In this document: positions 24,691 through 31,998 of the stretch, piece after piece
How the letters are laid out: every line of letters begins with the position of its first letter
Numbering within the stretch: the first letter of the stretch is position 1
IMG/VR virus record: IMGVR_UViG_3300037313_001084
Location: 1-40,283 of that record
DNA: 40,283 nt
Direction: 5' to 3' (one strand)
Origin: a virus
Taxonomy: Duplodnaviria > Caudoviricetes
Position numbers and translations under genes: made by a program
The notes under the pieces: model-generated
Seen by the model: the letters and a program-made list of their open reading frames with translations, nothing else
What the model was told of the DNA's origin: nothing
The model's database searches: none

Positions 24691-24783
24691 AAACCTCACC
24701 CGCATCGCCCTTTTTCTAAAGTTCTGTTCACGCAAAAACAGGAGCGATAAATAAACTGCTAAAAATATTGCTAAGGAAATCAT
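24688..24783 (-). CDS. 31-aa hydrophobic/basic peptide MISLAIFLAVYLSLLFLREQNFRKRAMRVRF
   Basis: SD GAGGTG; paralog of 24561-24653. Confidence 0.7.
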   Translation of the reverse strand: MISLAIFLAVYLSLLFLREQNFRKRAMRVRF

Positions 24784-24806
24784 TTCTCACCTCGCACTGA
24801 TGGGCG

Positions 24807-24998
24807 CTAAACGTTCAGGCCTTCCGCTTTTTTCTCAAGAACTCGCTTCATGTATTCCTCGCGCTTCAGTTCGCTCTTGGTGAGCGGCTTTGAAGGAAGA
24901 TAGTTAACGCCCGCAGGAAGCTTTACCCATTTCCCGCTCTTTCGCTCGGCCTCGGTGAGTTCACTCAATTTCTTAATTTCGCCTGTTTCACTGTTCAT
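24807..24998 (-). CDS. Hypothetical protein (MNSETGEIK...)
   Basis: SD GGAGG before ATG 24998. Confidence 0.6.
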   Translation of the reverse strand: MNSETGEIKKLSELTEAERKSGKWVKLPAGVNYLPSKPLTKSELKREEYMKRVLEKKAEGLNV

Positions 24999-25020
24999 GT
25001 TTCCTCCGCCCCGCATGGGG

Positions 25021-25251
25021 TTAATCTCTCTTGTGTCCGTAAATGTAGTGCATTTCGTCTTCGGCAAACTCACAACCACGACGCTTTTCCTCTTCGAGAG
25101 TCATTGGCATATAAATCATTCTGAATCCGCCTTCGCTAACACCAGCGCCGACTAGTTTTTGAGCATCGCGAGCGATCTGATCGCATGCCTTTTGATCTGC
25201 GCCATGTGGAAAGTCCAACGTCAGGCGTCTAATTTTAGCGTCGCTCATCAC
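25021..25251 (-). CDS. Hypothetical protein
   Basis: Coupled to the upstream gene. Confidence 0.6.
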   Translation of the reverse strand: MMSDAKIRRLTLDFPHGADQKACDQIARDAQKLVGAGVSEGGFRMIYMPMTLEEEKRRGCEFAEDEMHYIYGHKRD

Positions 25252-25664
25252 TCCCCCTTCGCGCTCTTCTCTAGTTCGGACTTAAGATGGCTCTTTGCCC
25301 ACGCATGCATGCGACTCCAACGTTCTTCCGGGGTCTGCCGACAATATTTTTCATCATTTTCAAACACTATTTCTTGGGCCAGCATTGACGAAATTCCAAA
25401 GGCTCTCCCCACTTGCTCTGGGTCTTGTGGATCTAGCCGAGTCATATCTATGCCTCTCTTCAATCCAACCGAACCGATGGCGCAAACTTCTCCGATCTCT
25501 GAACGAAGCTCATGAGAAATGAGCCGCTTTTCTGGCATTGCTTCAAGAGACTCCACAAGCTCTCGCAAGAAGGCTTGGCCACGCCTTCCCCTGATCGTTC
25601 GCTCGACGTTGCTGCGCCATAAATCCAAATATTCACAATCATCAGAATAACCAGACCGGCTCAC
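25248..25664 (-). CDS. Conserved hypothetical phage protein
   Basis: MSRSGYSDD...RGQAFLREL...AMPEKRLI...ENDE...PEERW motif set. Confidence 0.75.
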   Translation of the reverse strand: MSRSGYSDDCEYLDLWRSNVERTIRGRRGQAFLRELVESLEAMPEKRLISHELRSEIGEVCAIGSVGLKRGIDMTRLDPQDPEQVGRAFGISSMLAQEIVFENDEKYCRQTPEERWSRMHAWAKSHLKSELEKSAKGE

Positions 25665-25762
25665 CCCATCCTCCCGCTCGTAATCACAAAAAGCACGAGT
25701 CCAACCGCGACAGCGAAAGCCATGAGCGCCATGGGCATGAGGTTAAATTGGAAGATTTTCAA
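25661..25762 (-). CDS. 33-aa single-TM peptide
   Basis: MKIFQFNLMPMALMAFAVAVGLVLFVITSGRMG; 4-nt overlaps with both neighbours. Confidence 0.55.
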   Translation of the reverse strand: MKIFQFNLMPMALMAFAVAVGLVLFVITSGRMG

Positions 25763-26028
25763 GTGGACTCCTTGGATTCTAGTTCCTCAATCTTTTCTTC
25801 AAGCTCTTCGATCGCCGTCTCTGTTTCGTCGTCGAGATCTTCAATTGTAGATTCTAGATCGGAGATCATCGACTCAAGGCTGGCTGCACAGTCATTGGCG
25901 TCGTTAATCTGATCTTGAGCTTCTGAAATGCTGCACTCGGCATCACTGATCTTGCCTTGCAGGTCGCTCAGCTCGCTTCCAAGTTTCTGGATCAGCTTCT
26001 TAATATCGCCGAAATCTGGTTTACCCAT
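25759..26028 (-). CDS. Very acidic coiled-coil protein (89 aa)
   Basis: Start MGKPDFG with SD GGAGG; about 27 D/E versus 7 K. Confidence 0.7.
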   Translation of the reverse strand: MGKPDFGDIKKLIQKLGSELSDLQGKISDAECSISEAQDQINDANDCAASLESMISDLESTIEDLDDETETAIEELEEKIEELESKEST

Positions 26029-26464
26029 TCGAGCCTCCTTCGGCCTTGGCCGGCATGATGGTCTTGAGAACCGGCCATGCGCCGCTGACTTCAAAAACGA
26101 ATTTCATTCCCATGTGCTCGACCTTTTCTCCTGTTGACTCCTCAATCTCTCGGGTGTTCAGAGCAGAACCAGGGCCACTGTCCCAAGCTTCCTTGGCCAC
26201 ACGACAAAGCCAAGCGTGCAATCCCTCATCTTCGCCTCGAGTCTCATGCCAAATTTTCCGGCAGCGAAGAGATGCTCTATCGATCGCATGGCCAGAGATA
26301 TCGAGTTCTGGCGTCGTGGTGCCGCGCCTTTCAAGTTCTGCCTGAGCCGCACCTGCATATGTGTGGCGAGTATTGACCATCCACTTAAGATAGGAGACGG
26401 GCACTCGCGTGATTAGCTCGCCCTTATGCTTCCCATTTGGCATGGTCCAGCCGTGAGTGTTCAT
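26021..26464 (-). CDS. DUF3820-like N-terminal domain plus HAIDR domain
   Basis: MPNGKHKGELITRVPVSYLKW; ISGHAIDRAS. Confidence 0.65.
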   Translation of the reverse strand: MNTHGWTMPNGKHKGELITRVPVSYLKWMVNTRHTYAGAAQAELERRGTTTPELDISGHAIDRASLRCRKIWHETRGEDEGLHAWLCRVAKEAWDSGPGSALNTREIEESTGEKVEHMGMKFVFEVSGAWPVLKTIMPAKAEGGSNG

Positions 26465-26658
26465 GCAGACTCCGCCTTCACCTTCTCAACCGTGATCTTC
26501 ACGCCGTGAATTTTCTCGAAGTAGTGAATCAGGGCGTCCTGAACTTGATCGTCGAGATAGATCACGTGCTCCTCATCATTGGCTGAGAGTACGATGTGGA
26601 AGCCATCGAATGCGGCGTATACCGAGTCCCCTAGATATGTGCGGTTTGGCGTGCTCAT
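26461..26658 (-). CDS. Conserved hypothetical phage protein
   Basis: YLGDSVYAAFDGFHIVL motif; coupled. Confidence 0.7.
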   Translation of the reverse strand: MSTPNRTYLGDSVYAAFDGFHIVLSANDEEHVIYLDDQVQDALIHYFEKIHGVKITVEKVKAESA

Positions 26659-27137
26659 GCGATATCCTCCAACTCTTTAAGCGCGGCCAGGCACATAGGA
26701 TGTGGGCGCATTACCTTCCGCGTGACTGTCTCTTCGGTTTCAATGAGCTGACAGTCCTCGGCATCCCACATAGTGAAATAGACTTTGCTCTGCTTAAAGT
26801 CCGCCACATACCGCTTTGGAGCGACCTCAATATCTGGCTGTTCTCCAAGAGCAGTCGCAACACGTTTGACCAGCGCCGAAAAATTAGCCTTGTTGCGAAC
26901 CGGTACGTTGACAGTGACAAAAATCCAATCACTGTAAACCGTGTACTCAACTCCTGCAGACTCAAGCGCCTCTGCTGCCTTGCGAAGATTAAATACGCTC
27001 TTAGCTTCGATGCGTTCCTTTTTTGCTCTTGCGCGAACGTCTTTAAGTCTTTCGGCGTATGCCTGTCTCAACTTTGTTTCGACGTTATCCATTTGAACCT
27101 CCGGCGTGTGCTTGCTCATATAAGAACTCCCAGGCAT
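26655..27137 (-). CDS. Hypothetical protein (start probably 27119)
   Basis: Long ORF coupled in the operon. Confidence 0.65.
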   Translation of the reverse strand: MPGSSYMSKHTPEVQMDNVETKLRQAYAERLKDVRARAKKERIEAKSVFNLRKAAEALESAGVEYTVYSDWIFVTVNVPVRNKANFSALVKRVATALGEQPDIEVAPKRYVADFKQSKVYFTMWDAEDCQLIETEETVTRKVMRPHPMCLAALKELEDIA

Positions 27138-27388
27138 TTCGCCGCATGGTTAAGCGTTGCCGATACTAGAGCAGATACGTCTTTATAATGCTCCATGCGA
27201 ACATCGAACTTACACTCAATTAAGGGTTTGTCGCCGCACATGATTCGACGCCCGTCCCATCTCAATTCTTTGTAATTCTCTTGAACCATGAACGCAGACT
27301 CTTTGAGTTCATCTTCGGCGTCCTTAATCTCTAGCGATATCTCGTCTATTTTTGCGTGGATCTTGCGAATCAAATCATCATTGTTCAT
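27116..27388 (-). CDS. Hypothetical protein
   Basis: ATGA-coupled in the operon. Confidence 0.65.
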   Translation of the reverse strand: MNNDDLIRKIHAKIDEISLEIKDAEDELKESAFMVQENYKELRWDGRRIMCGDKPLIECKFDVRMEHYKDVSALVSATLNHAAKCLGVLI

Positions 27389-28203
27389 TTGACACCCAAG
27401 AACGCATAGAGCGCATCTTTCGTTTGCTTTGCTGTGCCCTTCGGATCTTGAATTCCGTCAATCCAGTTCTTAAGGGATGCAAGATCCTCTTGAGAGAGCG
27501 ACGAAAGCTTTTCGCCCTTTTGATTTCCGAAAGGGATAACGAAATCTCCGGCTCCTTGACCCATATTTTGAGAGCTTGCTGCGGTTGTTTTCGGGATAGT
27601 GACTTGCATGCGTGCAGGCGCTGGCTTCTTGTCTTGATCAATTCCAAGAGCATCGGCATCTTCTGGATCGTCGATATCTTGGTTAAAGAAATCCGATGCT
27701 CCCGTTGCGAGAATAATGGCACCCACGAAAGAGCGCTTTTGCGCCATCTTCTGAAGCGTGTTGAGCACGTCGCAAACCGGCGTTGCCTCAGTTCCGACTT
27801 TTTCCTTTTTCTTGTTTACCCATTTATAAGTGTTTCGCTCGCGATATTTCTTTTCTTGCGAGTTACAGGAGCCCTCGCACGTCGCGAGAAGATTGCCGTA
27901 CTTGTCTCGAATCTCCGTGCGATAAGTGAACATCGCAAAATTGCCAGGGCGATCAAGTTCCTTGTCAGCCATCACTGTCATGGCTTGCAAGCTAAACAGC
28001 GTCCGCATTTTCTCAGCACCTGGTTTATAAAGTGTCGGCTTATCAGTTCCCGGCACAATGCCGAAATCAACGTCTTTGCGCAGCTGGGATTGCACGTACT
28101 CCATAAGCAAAGAACGATGCTGCTGAAGTTGTGTCACCGCATCGCGAGTTAGAGCAAGAGCACCCGGACGTTCTTGATGAATCTCGATTACTTCATTCGC
28201 CAT
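27385..28203 (-). CDS. Putative single-strand annealing protein with C-terminal DUF3820-like domain
   Basis: DFGIVPGTDKPTLYKPGAEK, NTLQKMAQKRSFVGAI..ATGASDFFNQDIDD; next to an exonuclease. Confidence 0.65.
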   Translation of the reverse strand: MANEVIEIHQERPGALALTRDAVTQLQQHRSLLMEYVQSQLRKDVDFGIVPGTDKPTLYKPGAEKMRTLFSLQAMTVMADKELDRPGNFAMFTYRTEIRDKYGNLLATCEGSCNSQEKKYRERNTYKWVNKKKEKVGTEATPVCDVLNTLQKMAQKRSFVGAIILATGASDFFNQDIDDPEDADALGIDQDKKPAPARMQVTIPKTTAASSQNMGQGAGDFVIPFGNQKGEKLSSLSQEDLASLKNWIDGIQDPKGTAKQTKDALYAFLGVK

Positions 28204-28206
28204 AAA

Positions 28207-29001
28207 TCACTTCCTTCCCTTGCACTGAGACCAATAGCCGCACCAATCCTTGGAACACCACCACGCGCCGTCAGGAGCAGGTGTGGCGACTCCAGCTTGG
28301 ATCGCCTTGTGAACATTGTTGATTGTGTCGAAAAGCCATTCCCGGTCGGCTTGAGTCACCTTGCCGGTGACTTGTTGAACACGAGGGCCAATGGTTTTTG
28401 TTGGCTTGATCAGAACGTCATAACGAAAACCGGTCGCAGGCTTCTGATGAATCGCCTCATGTGCGAAATCATAGAGTGCTGGTTGTAGGGCCTTGCTGAT
28501 AGCGTCTTCGGCATAGGCAGTTTTGGAAGTCTTGGTATCGCCGATGATCCCAGACTTTTCGGTGAAGTCGATCGTGCCACCAAGGTCATATCCGGCGTCA
28601 GTTTCAATCACGAATTCCTCTTGAACCGATGCGGGCTGAATCGCTGGCGCAAGCTTCTCATGGTGAAGCTTTACGAGCTGAACGCCCATGTCCTTTTGTT
28701 TTCCGGCGTCGTCCTCGCCCCACTCTGTTTCTTTCGAGCGGTTATCAAAGCTTGCTGAGTACGCCTCTAGGACCGCCTCAGAAGGGAGATCGGTGCCGGT
28801 CTTGATCTTCTCAACCAGGTTGTGAGTGACCGCGGCGTCTACTGATGAGCCGACAGTCAGAGCGGCCTTGGGCGGCGTCTTAAGTCCCTGGACGTAGCGG
28901 AACTCCCATTGCTTCGGGCATTTCAAGAACGTGGCGATTTCACTTTGATGATACTTCGGGCGCATCGAAGAGAGCGTCTCTTTTGAGATATCGTTTTTCA
29001 C
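28207..29001 (-). CDS. PD-(D/E)xK exonuclease (RecB/Cas4-like, four-Cys cluster)
   Basis: CPKQW, GTID...IGDTKTS, Q..LY, CSKDWCGYWSQC. Confidence 0.85.
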   Translation of the reverse strand: MKNDISKETLSSMRPKYHQSEIATFLKCPKQWEFRYVQGLKTPPKAALTVGSSVDAAVTHNLVEKIKTGTDLPSEAVLEAYSASFDNRSKETEWGEDDAGKQKDMGVQLVKLHHEKLAPAIQPASVQEEFVIETDAGYDLGGTIDFTEKSGIIGDTKTSKTAYAEDAISKALQPALYDFAHEAIHQKPATGFRYDVLIKPTKTIGPRVQQVTGKVTQADREWLFDTINNVHKAIQAGVATPAPDGAWWCSKDWCGYWSQCKGRK

Positions 29002-29028
29002 AGAGTCCTCTTTCTCCCCAAAATCCCG

Positions 29029-29157
29029 TCACTTATTCACAATCCAAAAGCCGTACGCGTCGATCGCCTCTTGGCGAGTGCAAAACAAACCGATCTTTCC
29101 AGTGGATGTCCACACGGCCCAAAGCGTTCCTTCTTGCCTGAGGTAAAGCTGTTTCAT
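29029..29157 (-). CDS. 42-aa hypothetical protein (MKQLYLRQEGTLWAVW...)
   Basis: Translated by hand; ATGA-coupled. Confidence 0.55.
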   Translation of the reverse strand: MKQLYLRQEGTLWAVWTSTGKIGLFCTRQEAIDAYGFWIVNK

Positions 29158-29372
29158 GCGGCCTCCAAGCGAGCCCGGCGCCGCGACCACTCATCGCGGT
29201 TCTTGTCCATGTGGCGCTCGATGCTGTCGAGCTGCGCTGCGCTCAAGCCGTATTTGGCGAGCCTTTCGCGAGCGAAGTCGTAAGAGTATTGCTCGAACCA
29301 AACCCACTGCCACATGAGCTTTGCGTAGCAGTCGAGACTTTCGCGATCTAAACGTTTCATATCGACCTCCAA
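29154..29372 (-). CDS. Hypothetical early protein (start probably 29360)
   Basis: SD GGAGGT; ends LEAA. Confidence 0.65.
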   Translation of the reverse strand: MEVDMKRLDRESLDCYAKLMWQWVWFEQYSYDFARERLAKYGLSAAQLDSIERHMDKNRDEWSRRRARLEAA

Positions 29373-29445
29373 ATTCCGGGCGTAGTTTCGCCCGCCACTC
29401 TTTTCAGTGGACTTCTTAGATAAACTTTATTATGCAGTGCGCTAA

Positions 29446-29676
29446 TTAACCGGCCCTCTTGGCCTCGCTCTTCGGTATCAGGAGAACTTCCATACTGATC
29501 CCGGTTAGATTCACGAGCGCTTTGAGGGTGCGTTCTTTCGGGACGTGGCCGCCAAGCATAAGGTCCACGAGAGAATCAGAGACACCCAGTTGTCGGGCCA
29601 GGAAGGATTGCTTCCTGCCGCCTGACTCCAGCCATTTTCTCAACTCTACGCTGTTTAGAGTAAAACGCTCATTCAT
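29446..29676 (-). CDS. Cro-like HTH regulator
   Basis: KQSFLARQLGVSDSLV; divergent from the cI-like gene. Confidence 0.8.
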   Translation of the reverse strand: MNERFTLNSVELRKWLESGGRKQSFLARQLGVSDSLVDLMLGGHVPKERTLKALVNLTGISMEVLLIPKSEAKRAG

Positions 29677-29684
29677 CTGGAGCC

Positions 29685-29756
29685 AGTATACGGGAAGTTT
29701 TGCGTCTTTTCAACAAAAAAGCACAAAACTTCCGGGTTTAGCGCACAAAACTTCCG
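29685..29756. promoter_or_regulatory. Lysis/lysogeny switch: leftward promoter and three operators
   Basis: Minus-strand TTGAAA-17-TATACT (29713-29685); GCACAAAACTTCCG at 29721 and 29743 (22-bp period); inverted core GGAAGTTTTG at 29693. Confidence 0.75.
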
Positions 29757-29771
29757 CGTAGGATTTAAACA

Positions 29772-30197
29772 TTGGATTCGCTTAGAAAAGTTTTCGCATA
29801 TCGACTGAAGGAATTTAGGGGTGACCGGACTCAATCCGACTTCGCCGAATTCCTCGATTTGTCATTGCGCACCTACCAAGAGCTTGAGGCGGGAAACATT
29901 CCTCAGCGTAAGACAATGTCAAAGATCGTTGAAAGGTTGGGGCTTAAATCGGAAACGCCGCTCTTTATGGACCCAGACCTCATTGAGACGGCGCCAAAGC
30001 CCACTCCCACCGAAGCCCTCGCCGTCCTAAGCGAGGCGATCAAAACTCCACAAAGCGATGAACTCGCGAAAGCTAACGCGCGGATCAATGAACTCGAACA
30101 AGAGCTTGCAAAGATGAGAGACGAGCTCTTCGATGATGCGGAAGATCTGCTTTCAGAAGAGAAGCAAGAGCCCCCTCGAAAACGGAAAAGCACCTAA
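29772..30197 (+). CDS. CI-like repressor (XRE HTH plus coiled coil, no peptidase domain)
   Basis: TQSDFAEFLDLSLRTYQELEAG; divergent from cro. Confidence 0.8.
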   Translation: MDSLRKVFAYRLKEFRGDRTQSDFAEFLDLSLRTYQELEAGNIPQRKTMSKIVERLGLKSETPLFMDPDLIETAPKPTPTEALAVLSEAIKTPQSDELAKANARINELEQELAKMRDELFDDAEDLLSEEKQEPPRKRKST

Positions 30198-30367
30198 GCT
30201 GCGTCCATATCTTTCATCGCGCTTCTAATTAACCGAAGTGCCATAATCAGCTTTTTTATGACAGGCAGCGGAAGGGACCGGCGCAAAAGCCTTCTCGGCC
30301 ACCTCACGATCCGATGACGAGGAAATGGAATAATCTTAGCGGAATCATCGCGTTGCGAATCGGACAC
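30194..30367 (-). CDS. 57-aa basic protein convergent on cI (MSDSQRDDSAKIIPFPR...MDAA)
   Basis: SD AGGGGG; KIIPFP motif; translated by hand. Confidence 0.55.
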   Translation of the reverse strand: MSDSQRDDSAKIIPFPRHRIVRWPRRLLRRSLPLPVIKKLIMALRLIRSAMKDMDAA

Positions 30368-30498
30368 ACTAGCCCCCTACCGTAAACAGAGTAAACTCAA
30401 GGTTGTTGTGGTCCTCGGGGTAGTGTCCTGAGGTTCGCGACCAGTAGGGTCTCCGGGGTGTAAGTCAATTTTGATCCCTACTGATTCACTTGGTAAGC

Positions 30499-30525
30499 TT
30501 ATCGGAATTTATTCCAGTCAGCTTA
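30499..30525 (-). promoter_or_regulatory. sigma28 (FliA)-like promoter
   Basis: TAAG-N15-TCCGATAA versus consensus TAAA-N15-GCCGATAA. Confidence 0.5.
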
Positions 30526-30560
30526 GTCCGTTAAGAATCGTCATGTATCCAGAGCTTACC

Positions 30561-30580
30561 CCTATCACTAAACTGATAGG
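30561..30580. promoter_or_regulatory. Palindromic operator
   Basis: CCTATCA-N6-TGATAGG upstream of an HTH gene. Confidence 0.55.
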
Positions 30581-30615
30581 CTTTCGAGAAATGAGGGCCT
30601 CTCTAAACTGAGAGA

Positions 30616-30807
30616 ATGGCTAAGCTCGATCTTGAATCCGCCCTCAAAAAAGCAGGCTTGTCAAAGCGTAAGTTCGCGCAAGAGCTTGGCATCGCCTATC
30701 ACAACGTTTTTCGCCTTTTTCACAAAGACGCCAACCCAACCCTTTCAACCATGAATAAGTGGGCCAAGATTCTTGGCTGCAAGGTCCGCGACCTGATCAA
30801 AGAGTAG
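30616..30807 (+). CDS. Small XRE/Cro-type HTH protein
   Basis: GLSKRKFAQELGIAYHNV...NPTLSTM.K.AKILGCKVRDLI. Confidence 0.85.
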   Translation: MAKLDLESALKKAGLSKRKFAQELGIAYHNVFRLFHKDANPTLSTMNKWAKILGCKVRDLIKE

Positions 30808-30857
30808 CGTCAAACTTTCTACATTTATTACTTAAAAATTCCGACGATAATAAAGCC

Positions 30858-31538
30858 ATGACAAAACACTATCTGGTCTTGGTAGTTTTGGCGGCTTTAA
30901 CGGTATCAACATCACTCGCACACGCCGAAGGAGAAACAAAAGAAGTGCACAAGTCGTTCAATCTCACAGCTCTCGGTGGCGTCACGTTTTACACAAAGGT
31001 TGATCAGAACCTGAAATATCAGGGCACGTCCCTTGCGACAACAAACTCCAAAGGCAAGACTTCCCCAGTAATTGGGCTTGAAGGATTATACCGCCTAGAA
31101 CAGCTTCCACTTTCTTTCGGGCTACTCGGGGAATGGAGCCAATACAAATCAAACTCGGATAACGATCATCCGGACACCGAGCTCGGATTCTATGCACTCG
31201 GAAAGGCCCACAAGGAGATCGGAAGCTTTGATCTATGGGCTGGTATCGGTCTTGGGCTTGTAAATCTAAGCCCAGGAGAAACATCGACGGTTTCAAACGG
31301 ATACCTCATTGCAGCATCCTCAACGAGCTATCTAGAATTCGCTTTCACTCCTCGTTTCGGATTTGATTATCGCATCAGCGAAGAGATCTCGCTCGGACTT
31401 CAGGCAGCATACTACTCCTACAGCGGGACTATGGATATCGACGCCACACGTCAGTCAGACGGCACTCATGTGCGATTTCAAGATGAGTTCTCAAGGACCT
31501 GGTGGACCACTCAAGCGCGCGTTGGAGTTCGCTTTTAA
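30858..31538 (+). CDS. Outer-membrane beta-barrel protein (moron), 226 aa
   Basis: Signal peptide ending AHA, amphipathic beta strands, C-terminal Phe (RVGVRF). Confidence 0.8.
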   Translation: MTKHYLVLVVLAALTVSTSLAHAEGETKEVHKSFNLTALGGVTFYTKVDQNLKYQGTSLATTNSKGKTSPVIGLEGLYRLEQLPLSFGLLGEWSQYKSNSDNDHPDTELGFYALGKAHKEIGSFDLWAGIGLGLVNLSPGETSTVSNGYLIAASSTSYLEFAFTPRFGFDYRISEEISLGLQAAYYSYSGTMDIDATRQSDGTHVRFQDEFSRTWWTTQARVGVRF

Positions 31539-31539
31539 A

Positions 31540-31623
31540 TGGCGCCCCGGATCCGACTCGAACGGATATCTGCTCTGAGATCTAGAATTTTTCAGAGTGC
31601 TCTGCCTATTAAGCTACCGGGGC
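31540..31623 (-). tRNA. tRNA-like RNA (84 nt) with a 15-nt anticodon loop; identity undetermined
   Basis: GCCCCGG TA GCTT AATAGGCA GAGC A CTCTG [AAAAATTCTAGATCT] CAGAG CAGAT ATCCG TTCGAGT CGGAT CCGGGGC G CCA. Confidence 0.8.
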
Positions 31624-31998
31624 GCATTCAGAAACAACAAGCGTAAATGCATTGATGCCTTCAAGCCCGTGCATGAAGTTTGCGAAGGCTTCACGACTTT
31701 TCAAAACCATGGCCCCTCGTCTTTCCATTCCGAGCAAAACACAGCCTTCTGAATCGTTCTCAATGTTGCCACAGTGAAAAAGAAGGTCCTTGTGTCCCTC
31801 GACTCCCATGATCTCAAAAGTGTCACCGTGAGTAATCTTCGCCGCTCGCCGCTTGCAGGTGTATGTTCCATCCGGGATTTTTGGCTTGCAGTCATAGGAG
31901 TGCTCAAGCGTATAGAAGAGGACTTTGCCACTTTCATCCGAAAGCTCGCTGAAAATACCATTCAGACTACACTCTTTGCGCGTCAGCGTGAACGTCAT
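31609..31998 (-). CDS. DUF5675-family protein, putative endolysin (129 aa)
   Basis: YTLE...IPDGTY...LLFHCGN...DSEGCVLLG...SREAF; last gene of the lysis cluster. Confidence 0.7.
   Translation of the reverse strand: MTFTLTRKECSLNGIFSELSDESGKVLFYTLEHSYDCKPKIPDGTYTCKRRAAKITHGDTFEIMGVEGHKDLLFHCGNIENDSEGCVLLGMERRGAMVLKSREAFANFMHGLEGINAFTLVVSECAPVA

Noticed and set aside
27352-28152. Long plus-strand ORFs (also 4565-5194, 6594-7163, 21761-22405, 32467-33081)
   Set aside because: Antisense shadows of well-supported minus-strand genes, with no recognisable motifs
28207-29001. Cas4-like nuclease as a sign of CRISPR-Cas
   Set aside because: No array or other cas genes; it is paired with an annealing protein as in ordinary phage recombination modules
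30561-30580. tetO-like sequence suggesting vector contamination
   Set aside because: Only the CCTATCA half-site matches, spacing differs, and no vector parts are nearby
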